64,000 nucleotides of DNA from Pristiophorus japonicus (lineage: Eukaryota), in the NCBI RefSeq assembly GCF_044704955.1, contig NC_091983.1:192634001-192698000 (forward strand), given 5' to 3'. The position numbers were made by a program, and so were the translations under genes. The notes beneath the pieces were generated by a model, which searched no databases, was not told where the DNA came from, and saw nothing but the letters and a program-made list of their open reading frames with translations. Each line of letters opens with the position of its first letter. Position 1 is the first letter of the stretch. Below are positions 24,301 through 36,300 of this stretch, piece by piece.

Positions 24301-27300
24301 CAGCTAATTTGCAACCTGCAAGGTCCCATAAACAGCAATGTGATAATGACCGGATAATTGTTTTAATTATGTTGGTTGAGGGATAATTATTGGTCAGAAC
24401 TCAGGGGAGAACTCATCTTCTTGTCATTTATCTCATTGCTGTTTTTGAGAGCTTGCTGTGGGCAAATTGGCTGGTCCACTTCCTACATTACAACAGTGAC
24501 TGCACTTCAAAAAGTACTTCATTGGCTGTGAAGCACTTTGAGACAAGCTGGGGTCATGAAAGGCAATATAGAAATGGAAGTTCTATCTCTCTGAACTCCC
24601 CTGATCTTTACAAATAGTTCTATCAGATATTTTATGTCCAATGGAGAGGGTTTATGGTAGACAAGGCCTCAGTTTAACATTTCATCTGAAAAATAGCACT
24701 TCGGACACTGCAATAGGCTCTTAGTACTGCATCAGGCTAGATTTTGTGCCCAAGTCTTTGGAGTGGGACTTGAACCCATAACCTTCTGACTCATAGATGA
24801 GAGCACTACCATGGCGTCAAGGCAGACACATTTGTAAAACCCTCAATGAAATGGAAAAGATTTGACTTGTCGCTTCTTAAACCTTTTAAATAGATGGTGA
24901 CATTCTTTTTATAATTCCTATCTAGCACAAGCATGATGGGCTAACTGGCCTCCTTCAGTGCTTATATTTCTATGATTAGGTATCCTTCTATACTAATCTT
25001 TAGAATGCTTTCTATTATCCTACCCTTTACTTATCTTGGGCTAATGGTACTGTAATTGCCTAGACCAGATATGTCCTTATTTTAAATATAGGTATTACCA
25101 TAGTTTCCTTCTAGTCCTGTGGAACTTCTCCTGTACCTAATGATTCATTCATGATGGCAGCTAGTGCCCCACAAATTTCTCTCCTCTTCTTCAGCAACCT
25201 AGGATATACGTTATCTGACCAAGAGGATCTGTTATTCTTAAATTCCCTTAAACTATGTGTAGCAAACTATTCGGAGGGTGAAAAATCAGATCGCTAAATA
25301 AAAGTACACCTGATTTACTTTATTTTGCATCCTCCCATGCCTTGTTGTTATGTGTTTTCCTCATAGCTGTGCAACATGAAAGGGGTCCAAGGACATCGAC
25401 GATAAGGAAGCAGGTAGCCCTGTATTTCCGGGGCCACAAAGAAGTAAATGGAGGTGTCACCCCTTATCCAGCAGCCGCTTTACCTGGACCAGCTTTTTTC
25501 ACTGCTGTCACCCAATTAGAAACGCACAACATCGATCTGACTGCTGGGTCTGATCGTCAGGCTTTGGTGGGTTTACCACAGCCAACTCCAAAGGTAAATG
25601 ATCACTTCCACCTTCAGACACCAAATGGCTGCAAAGAAAATCAGTGAACAAGTGAGGGAATTGATGTAATTAGTCATTTCTGCACGTTTGAGTCACTACG
25701 ACCAGATTCCTGAGACAAGAAGTGTCGGTAGTGCCCATACAGAATAGTTCTCCAGCTATTTGGGCAAAAAATATTGGTGCCAGTCAAAAGGGACTCCAGT
25801 TTTAACTTAAATATTAATAGCTGCAGAACTCAAAATATTTGTTCAACCCAAGTTACAGCTTGCATTCTGATCAGATCTTTTCAATGAGATTATGATGTAA
25901 TTAGCAACACACATGATATCCACACACATATATATATAAATATACAGAGACATACACAATACCCACACACAAATCTAGTACACAGATATGTAAACACACA
26001 CATGTACGTGCAATGCATACGCACACACAGAAATACGCACGCACATGCTTTACTGTAAGAAAGACTTGGATTTATATAGCACCTTTATGGCCACCAGATT
26101 CCTCAAACCACTTTATAGCCAATTAAGTACTTTTGGAGTGTAGTCACTGTTGTAATGTCGGAAACGCGGCAGCCAATTTGCACACAAGCAAGCTCCCACA
26201 AATAGCAATGTGATAATGACCAGATAATCTGTTTTTGTTATGTTGATTGAGGGATAAATATTGGTCAGAGCACCAGGGATAACTCCCCTGCTCTTCTTCA
26301 AAATAGTCTCAGAGGATCTTTTATGTCCACTTGAGAGAGCAGACAGTACCTCAGTTTAACGTCCCATCCAAAAGGCAGCACTCCCTCAGCATTGCCAGTC
26401 TGGATTTTTTTAAATGTGTTCAAGTGGGACCTGAACCCACAACCTTCGGACGCAGAGGCACATGTGCTACCAACTGAGCCACAGCTGACACACACAAACT
26501 GAACTGGCCATTCGTTAGACTTGTCCTTGCCCATTTAATTTCCATGAGCTTTTGCACAACAAATTGTGTTAGTGGGAGAGTGATACAGCGTGGTGCCCTG
26601 TGCAGAGCTCTTGGGACCTGTGTGAACAGGAAAGCACCTGTGTGTCTCCTTAACCAATCAGATTGAAGAATTTTTAATGCGCTGTGCAGACTCTAAACCA
26701 GGAAGTGTCAGTTTGAATATTGAATTCAATGTCAAATCAGATACAATGAGCAAAATAAAGAGAGGGAAAGAAATATTGGATTAAGAGAGAAAATAGAGAA
26801 AGTTTTTAAATCTCCAACAATTAAATGCTGAAGGAATGAGACTCCACACTTTTAAAAGTTAATTTTCAATGACAAATGATTATTTAGTAGTAATTAAGAC
26901 CTACCACACCATTAAAAAGACTGAAATGGACAAGCCCAAACAAATGTTCCCTCTAATTTTATTTCCTGCACGGGCCCTTTAAATTTGCTGCATGGTATCT
27001 CTTCTTGCAACAACGCTGGTGAGCAGCCTGCGCAGGACCTTGAAATTGCTGGCCACACGCCTTAGGGGGAACATTACCCATAACTACCTGTGGCCAGTTT
27101 AGTTAGTACTGGAAGTTCACGCCATTCAATACATTTGAATGGGCATCATTATAGGCAATCCCTTGAAATTGAGGAAGACTTGCTTCCACTCTAAAAGTGA
27201 GTTCTCAGGTGATTGTACAGTCCAATATGGGAATTAAAGTCTCTGTCACAGGTGGGACAGACAGTGGTTGAAGTAAAGGGTGGGTGGGGAGTCTGGTTTG

Positions 27301-30300
27301 CCACATGCTCCTTCTGCTGTCTGTGCTTGGTTTCTGCATACTCTCGGCAATGAGACTCGAGGTGCTCAGCGCCCTCCCTTTGCTCTTCCTCCACTTAGGG
27401 TGGTCTTAGGCCAGGGATTCCGAGGTGCTAGTGGGGATGTTGCACTTAATCAAGGAGGCTTTGAGGGTGTCCTTGAAATGTTTCCTCTGCCCACCTGGGG
27501 TTTGCTTGCCGTGTAGTAGTTCCGAGTAGAATGCTTGCTTTGGGAGTCTCGTGTTGGGCATACGGACAATGTGGCCTGCCCAATGGAGCTAGTCGAGTGT
27601 GGTCAGTGCTTCAATATTGGCCTGATCAAGAACACTGACGTTGGTGCATCTATCTTCCCAGTGGATTTGCAAGATCTTGCGGAGGCAGCGTTGGTGGTAT
27701 TTCTCCAGTGCTTTGAGGTGTCTACTGTATATGGTCCATGTCTCTGAGCCATATAGGAGGGCGGGTATCACTACAGCCCTGTAGACCATAAGCTTGGTGC
27801 CAGATTTGAGGTCATGGTCTTCAAACACTCTCTTCCTTTTGAATGGGCAGCCAGACAGCAAGATGCCGTTTTCATGCAGTTAGTATCTCGGACAACAACT
27901 TCCGGATTTTCACGTTTAACTATGCGTCTGCACTCACCTGAAGTTGCTGTCCAATTTGCGCATCTATAACAGCGAGCGCTGTAATCCTCACTGTTATTTT
28001 TACAGTACATTTTGGCCCATAATCGCACACACACATCACAAGCACACATATAGTCGCACACACATATATTGTCACATACATATATATAATCACACACACA
28101 CACACATATTTATATATATATATATAGTCACACGTAGATATATAGTCACACACCACACACATACAGTCACACACACAGATCATTTGACATAATTATATTT
28201 GTGGGCATTTTCTGTAATACAAGAAGGACGATGGCAATAGTTTATACCAGCAAATGTCTATTGTTGCTTGCTATACCCCGAGGGTGAACCCACGCTAACC
28301 CCATGTGAAAAGATTATCAGTTGACTAATCCGTCATCGGAATATGGAAGCGCGGCAGTTTTCTTTTCCCTTTGTGGCGTTGTGTTGCAAACCAGCTCCCA
28401 TTGATTCGAGCACAATATATCTGACTACAGTAAAATGCTGATTGACTCCAGTGCAACACGATCCCATCAGCTGAAAACAATCCCAGTTAGCGGGGCCAAA
28501 AACTAGCCACCACCTTTAACTCCAACAATCTAATGAGGACAATGATATCAAAACTCCGTTCTCATTTGTAGTTTAAAAAGAAGGCGAAGCATTTTGCCTT
28601 ATATAAATATATAATTGTTATCTTATTTTTGAAGAATCAGGTCGCGTTCTGCAAGCACAGGCATGTTGCTTGCTTGCAAAGACCCATTACGGTACTGGTA
28701 TCAATTTACTTCAAACAGTTTTTAGTACAGCTATTGCACATTGTCTGACGACAAGCCATTAATTTCGCTCTTCTTGCCTGTGTCAAGATTTGGGAGAAAT
28801 GACCACATGGTCTCAACCCCGATGAGGAGTGGGCTGATACTCTGTTTCCGTTCTGCGAACGCACCTCCCTCAGCAAATTCACCACAACCCTACAAACCAA
28901 AATTCCCTTTCAAAGCTCAAAAGCGCTCTGTACGTCAGTGGCTTCCTGCAGCTTCAGGGAATCCACAGATTGCTGAGCAATCCAGCAGCGTTCATCGAGA
29001 ATAGAATTTGACTAAAGATGGGCATGCGGTGTGTGCTATGAATTGGTTTGGAGAGGGCTCGGTTAACTGCTGTTGCAGTAGTTCTTGTGTGTTTTAGAAT
29101 TATCTTTTTAAAACTTCGTTCCTGGTTTTGGGCGTCGCAAGGCCAGCATTTATTGCCCATCCATAATTGCCCTTGAGAAGGTGGTGGTGAGTCCGCTGCA
29201 GTCTGTGTGGTGAAGGAACTGCCACGGTGCTGTTAGGGAGGGAGTATAGTGTTCCCATGCCCCTGCTGCCCTTGTCCTTCTAGGTGGTAGAGGTTGCGGG
29301 TTTGGGAGGTGCTACCAAAGAAGCCTTGGCGAGTTGCTGCAGTGCATCTTATACATGGTACACACTGCAGCCACAGTGCTCCGGTGGTGGAGGGAGTGAA
29401 TGTTTAAGGTGGTGGATAAGGTGTCAATTAAGCTGGCTGCTTTGTCCTGGATGGTGTTGAGCTTGTTGAGTGATGTTGGAGCTGCACTCATCCAGGCAAA
29501 TAGATCACACTCCTGACTTGTGCCTTGTAAATGGTGGAAAGGCTTTGGGTAGCCAGGAGATGAGACATTTGTTGCAGAATACCCAGCCTCTGGCCTGCTC
29601 TCATTGCCACGTTATTTATGCGGCTGGTCTAGTTAAGTTTTCGGTCAATGGTGACCCCCCAGGATGTTAATGGTGGGGGTCACCATCTATTTCATATCTT
29701 GCAAATTGTTACTTGACTAAACATATAAGGCACTTGGGTGAACGTGGTCTTTAGCGGTACTGCAAAACGGACGATAGCGAATCGGTTGGCAGTTTTACAC
29801 TGGGCTAGATTTTCATTTGATTGAAGTTAATGGGCTATTGCCTGTCTTACGCTGCCAATGAAGACCAAATTCACCCTCTAAATTAGTTTCAAGCTGCCCT
29901 CTTGACAATCTTACTCCACTGCAACACCAACTTGCAATAGGACTCATATGACAAATGTAAGGTTCATTATACAGTAGAGAACCAAGCTGAATATAGAAAG
30001 TACAGAGGAAAATTAAAAAAGGGGAATAAGAGGGGCAAAGTGAGAGTATTAAAATAGATTAGAAGCTAGCGTAAAAGAGAACCCAAAAGTTTTTTAAAAG
30101 CATATAAATAGTAAAAAGGTAGACAAAGGAAGGGTGAGGCTGATTAGGGACACAAATGAGATCTTCTTGTGGAGGCAGAGAGCATGGCTGAGGTACAAAA
30201 TGAGTACATTGCATCTTAGAATCAGAGAGGAGCCAGTTTCGACATTGGATGGGTTAAAAATAGATAAAGAGGAAGTAGCAAATCAGTTCACAGTCCTCAA

Positions 30301-33300
30301 AGTAGAAAAGTCACCCGGTCTGGAGTGGATGCATCCTAGGGTGGAAATTGCAGAGGCTCTGGCCACAATCCTCCTTCGATATGGGGGATGGTACCAGAGG
30401 ACTGGAGGATTCAAAATTTTACACCCATGTTCAAAAAAGGGAAGAGAGATAAACAGGGCAACTACAGGTCAGTCAGCCTAATGTCAGTGGTAGGGAAACT
30501 TATAATAATCCAAGACAAAATGAATTGTCATTTGGAAAAGAATGGACTAATAAATGATAGTCAGCACAGATTTGTTAAAGGCAAATCATGTTTCATTAAC
30601 TTGATCAAGTTCTTTGATGATGTAACAGAGAGGGTTGATGCGGGTAATTCAATTCATGTTGTGTATATGGACTTTCAAAAGTTGTTTGATTAAGTACTAC
30701 ATAATAGACTTGTTAGCAAAATTAAAGGGCACGGGATTAAAGGGACAGTGGCAGCATGGATACATAGGAAATTGGCTAAGGGATACAAAGCAGAGAGTAG
30801 TGGCAAACAATTGTTTTTCAGACTGGAGGGAAATATACTGGGGCGTTTCCAGGTGTCAGTGTACTTTTTGCTATATATTACTGACCTGGACTTGGGTATA
30901 GAGGGCAGAATTTCAAAGTGTTAAAAGATCCTTGATACGAAACTCAGAATGTAGTGAACAATAAGGAAGATAGTAACAGATTTCAGGAGAACATAGACAG
31001 ACTGGTAAAATGGGCAGACACATGGCGGGTGACAATTAATGCAGAGAAGTGACACATTTTAGTAGGAAGAATGACTAGAGGCAATATGAACTAAATGGTA
31101 CAATTTAAAAGGGGGTGCTAGAACAGAGAGGCCTGGGTTGCATGTACACAAATCTTTGAAGGTGGTAGGGCAGGTTGAGAAAGTTGTTTAAAAAAGCATA
31201 TGGGATCGATCCTTGGCTCGATCGATTAATAGACGTATAGAATACAAAAGCAAGGAAGTTAAGTTAAACCATTATAAAGCATTGGTTAGGCCTCAACTGG
31301 AGTATTGTGTCCAATTCTGGGCACCACATTGCAGGGAGACCTTGGAGAGGGGACAGAAGAGATTTACCAGGATGGTACCAGGGATAAGGGACTTAATTTA
31401 TGTCGAGAGACTGGAGAAGCTGGGGTTATTCTTTCGAGATGCTCAAAATCATGAATGGTTTTGATAGAGTAAATAAGAAGAAATTGTTTCCAGTGGTAGA
31501 AGGATCAGTGAGCAGAGGACACAGATTTAAGGTGATTGGCAAAGAACCAGAGGCGACTTGAGGAAAAAAATTTTTACATAGCAAGTTATGATCATCTGGA
31601 ATGCCTTGTCTGTAGGGGTGATGGGAACAGATTCAATAGTAACATTCAAAAGAAAATTAGATAAATACTTGAAGGGAAAAATAATTACAGGGCTACAGAG
31701 CAAGGGACGGGGATTGATTAGATAGCTCGTCTAAAGAGCCAACACAGGCACGATGGGCCGAATGGCTGTATCATTCCATGATCCTATGATTGATATAACA
31801 CCTTTAACGTAATCAAACGTCCTAAGGTGCTCAGACAAAAATTCCCACTGAGCCAAAAAAAGGAGACATTAGGACATGTGACCAAAAGTTTGGACAATGA
31901 GTTGGTTGAGGGTCTTAAAGGAGGAGAGAGAGGTGGAGAGATTCAGGGAGGGAATTCCAGAGTTTAGGGCCTAGACAGCTGAAGGCACACCGCCAATGAT
32001 GGGGTGAAGGAAGCGGGGGATGCACAAGAGGTCAGAATTGGAGGAACACAAAGTTCTCAGGGGGTTGTAGGGCTGGAGGATATTACGGAGATAGGGAGGG
32101 GCGAGGCCATGTAAGGAATTGAACAGGAGAATGAGATTCTTAAAATCGAGGAGCTCTGGACGGGGAACCAATGTAGACCAGCAAGCACAGGAGTGATGGG
32201 TGAACGGGACTTTCTGTGAATTAGAATACGGGCAGCTTTAATATAATATCTAATTCATAAATAAAGACTTCAGTAGGTAAGTGGCGCAAAATCAGTTTAT
32301 ATTGGTACAATCCTTTCAATGAATACCTTGCACCAGAAATATGCTGCACTGCTCTGCCAATTCCCTTCTGAACAGTAGATGACACTGTGACCTTTTTCGC
32401 AGTACCCTCACGAGGTCAACGGCGCACCCATGTACCTCTACGAAGTGGCGACTGAATCGGTCTGTGAATCTGCCGCGAGGCTTCTCTTCATGAGCATCAA
32501 ATGGGCCAAGAGTGTGCCCGCGTTTTCCACACTCCCATTCCAGGATCAGGTTAGTGAAGTCAATTATCGTCCAATCACACTTCCCTCTTCCAAACGCAAA
32601 CATCAGACTAGCTTGAAGAAGCCATAACCGATTACACCGCAGAACTGCTCCACGTGAAGATAGATACATGCAGCTGTGACAATGAACGGTGGAGGGCAGC
32701 TGAGCAAGTTACTATTCAAATGAAAATCTAAATGAAGATGCTTTCATATATTCACGAAGCAGGTTACTCTTACGGGAGGAGGACATCTGTGTCTTTTCTT
32801 CAGTAAATATACAACTACAAAGGAACCAGTCTGGGAGTCATAGAGTTCAAGTACACTGAATAATAGAAAGGAACTGCAACTTTTAATATCGACATAATTT
32901 TCATCGAGGTTGAGATGAGAAGCCTGATATATAGTCCCCTGTCACCAAGGGAAGGGCGAAAATGAACAGTTCATAGAAAAAGATTCCAATTATTTTAATT
33001 TCCGGCATTTATTGAAGAAGTACATTCCAATTGAAATAAAATATATTTGTAAACGAACACAGGATTCCTTGTATTGGTTTCCCCTGACTATATATATATA
33101 TATATAGTTGTGTCTGAGACCGATGCCGATAAGCTACCTGCTCCCAGATCTTTGCGAATGTTGTTCCCTTCGATTTTCCCTGCACCGCTAAGGATGTATC
33201 TAGCCCGTGTCCAGTGCTTCCCCCACAGCAGTGGGTTGGGCTCAGTAGATCACAGAGAGGGCTTGTTCCTGTATACCACCACCCCGCCGCCACATTTTAC

Positions 33301-36300
33301 CACACCCACCATGCAATTCCCATGTGGAAACGGGAAGGGATGGACCTGCGAAAGTTAAGTGCTACAAAACCCCCTCAACAATGACTTCTGCACACTAATT
33401 TCAGCTTAACGCTGATTATCGGAGAATAGACTTTAAGATAATCATATTTTGCTAACAAGTATTTTAGTAATCCTTTATTTAGGATTAAGACTGCATATTA
33501 AGTGGTTTACTTGTTTAAAAAAGAGAGGCGGGAGAAGCCAGCACAGGGGTTCTGGGGCACTAGTGTTGAATTACACGTAGCTCCCCGAGACATGCCGGAG
33601 AAAGCAGCAGGAGGCCAGAGCGGATTGGATGTGAACCGGTGAGAGATGATGGAAAGACCGAGAAAAAACGGAGATATCCGGTGAGCCGGCTGGAGAAACA
33701 GGCAGCTGTTCACTACACAGGGAACGGAGATTTGGGTGGAGGTGGGAATCAGATACCCGTTTATAAAACAGGATTCACTTCAGAGAGAACCGTTTAAAAT
33801 CACTTTCCAGTTTGCGCGTTTAACTCAGTATTCCAACAAGCAGCAACATTGAACCGGGAATTACCGAAAATAATCCAGACCTTCATGGTTTTTGTTTCAC
33901 TCTAGCTAATTCTTTTGGAAGACGCCTGGAGGGAACTCTTTGTTTTGGGTATAGCGCAGTGGGCCATTCCAATCGATTCCAGTACTTTGCTAGCTGTATC
34001 TGGTGAGTTGCTGCACGTTTTTTTTAATAAGATAATAATTAAGATTCAGAGATGGCATCTATCTATCATTCTAGTTAAATGGCATTTAAGTTCGTGAAAT
34101 CGTCCGATATCCCAATACATTTGTTTCAAACTAATTTAAAATTCTACAAGTTAAAAGGAGGTATAGTACATCAAAGGAATCTTCTATTGCACAATTTGAC
34201 ACTCGGTTCGAGTTTGTGTAGACATTCCCCGTGCAGGGAGATTCCTTGGATGCTCATTCGTCCCAGTTTTTAAATCAACTGTTACGGACTTTAGACTTTT
34301 TCCAATGAGAACGATATAAGCAACCTGGCTAAATGAATTTCTAGATGGGCGTCCCGATCTATACGCTTTGACCATATAGTTTCTGTGTGACTGTGAAACC
34401 CGTCGCACACTGTATAATGGGATGGACTGTCAGCATGATCCCAAACTGTGCTTCAGTTCCTATCAGAAAACAAGTCCCAGCCGCCCGATGACCGATCCGA
34501 GCCTTATCTGCTGGGTATAAGTCGCTGTCTCGAATAGTGGGGTGACAGTTCTGAGTTTTAGACAACTCTCCGTCAACAGCGCAAGAAATACATTAATTGC
34601 ACAGGTGTATATATTTTTTCGCAATGTCTCCACCCTTTCGGTTACATATGGTGTAAAGATGCACCCAGGCACACCGACCTGATGACGGCAGATATCAGCC
34701 CCAACCGCTGAAGGGGGAGCCTTTTTCGACCCCGTTAATTCCACTTGTAGAAATTACCTAGTTGTACAATGTGTGCGGGGTAAATAGCTGTCTCGATGAA
34801 TTACAATATTCACTACAAGCATATATCAGTTGTGCCCACCCGGACAGTGTCAGGTGCCTGATAATCCATCTGGGATTGTTCTCAGATCAGTTACTACCTC
34901 CGGTGTGGGCTTGTAAAGGCGAAGCTAATGAGAGAGGTGCAACGCTTTACCCCCGAGAACGATTAGCCTCCTACTTAAATCTCACCAACTGGTTAGTTAC
35001 ATCACCGACATTATGCAAATACATTCGGTGCTGTTTAGTTCTTTCAGGACTTTATCATGGCCACCGAATTTAGAAATAGGATATTGGAGTTATTGTTAAA
35101 AATCGCAGGCGACACAAGGGAATGTTTATTTTGAAGCTTTTTTTTACAACCCTGGAGTGGTTGTAGATCGAGGAACTCGAGTTTGAGGCCGTTGATTTGA
35201 TAACATCAGGCTGGAGATGGCCGTGTGTCGTCGCGGGTTATCTCCAATCTGTGAAATCCGACATTCTACAAACACATCCAGACTTCCCCCTCCCCACTAC
35301 CTGATTTCAAGAATTCAGAAGGAATACTTGAATAGTAAACTTGCAGATTTAGTGACTTGTTGCATTTCTCTCGTTTTTTTCCCCAAGGGATGAACAGTGA
35401 CAACACCGACTCCCAGAAGTTGAATAAAATCATTGCGGAAATCCACGCTTTGCAGGAGGTGGTCGCGCGGTTCCGGCAGCTCCGTGTGGACGCCACGGAA
35501 TTCGCCTGCTTGAAATGCATCGTGACTTTTAAAGCCGGTCAGTCAGCAGCCTGGTTATCCTTCAGGCAGAGGTCGTATTCATAAGATAGCATCGAGGGTG
35601 GATTCTCATTTTAAACTTGCGAGCAACATTGTAGCATTGCAGTAGTGGTCCAGTGTGCGGGATCTTTACGATCGGAACCAGTATTGTTCACATTAGGGCT
35701 TATTTTGGGACGAGAACTGGTTTTTTTTTGGACTGAGCGTACGCTGGGACTCGATTTCGGGGCTGGTATTGCAACTGGATTCGGATTTGGACCTTTAAAA
35801 CTGGGACTGCGTTGTGACAATGGAGTCTTTGCACATATAATGGGATACTTGTCACTGGAACTTGTTTTGGAATTGGTGTCTGTGGTACTGGGACTCGGTT
35901 TTAGTAAGGGATTGGGGTCTTTGGGTTGAGGTTGGGATCTTAGGGGCAGAAATGGTTTTGAAATTGGGATTTATTCGTGGGACTCACATTGGGATAAAAA
36001 CACTCCCTGAGCGTCAGATCCACGAGCTGGATGAACAGCGAAAGCACAAACTGTAAAACTGCTGGTGCTCATACTGAGATTAGAATGGTTAAAGTCAGGT
36101 GTGGTCCTCAGTAAACGTGTGGGGCTTCAAGGCTTCGGTTAATGGGCCGCTACTGAATTACGAGGCTCATTCGCTCCATTTTTAACCCAGTCCTACTACT
36201 TTGTATGGCTGATGTAGATTAGAGGAACAGCTATAATTTTACATTTAGGTGGTTACGGCAGATAATTGTGTCAGGAGTAGCGGAGTGCATCGCTGTGATG

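Larger units (their letters stand above)
26555..28018. mobile_element. Old non-autonomous DNA element hosting a hAT-like MITE and an RTE fragment (left boundary uncertain)
   Basis: Ends in attttggccc. It has an AT-rich core and an imperfect hairpin acaacaacttccgg...cctgaagttgctgt at 27893-27950. Confidence 0.45.

Noticed and set aside
26420-26492. tRNA gene (also 21740-21822, 24760-24830, 46665-46730)
   Set aside because: The A and B boxes are SINE heads attached to SINE bodies, and there is no intact cloverleaf.
35640-36000. Gly/Leu-rich membrane-like ORFs
   Set aside because: These come from a degenerate gggact/ggatt low-complexity tract in intron 7.
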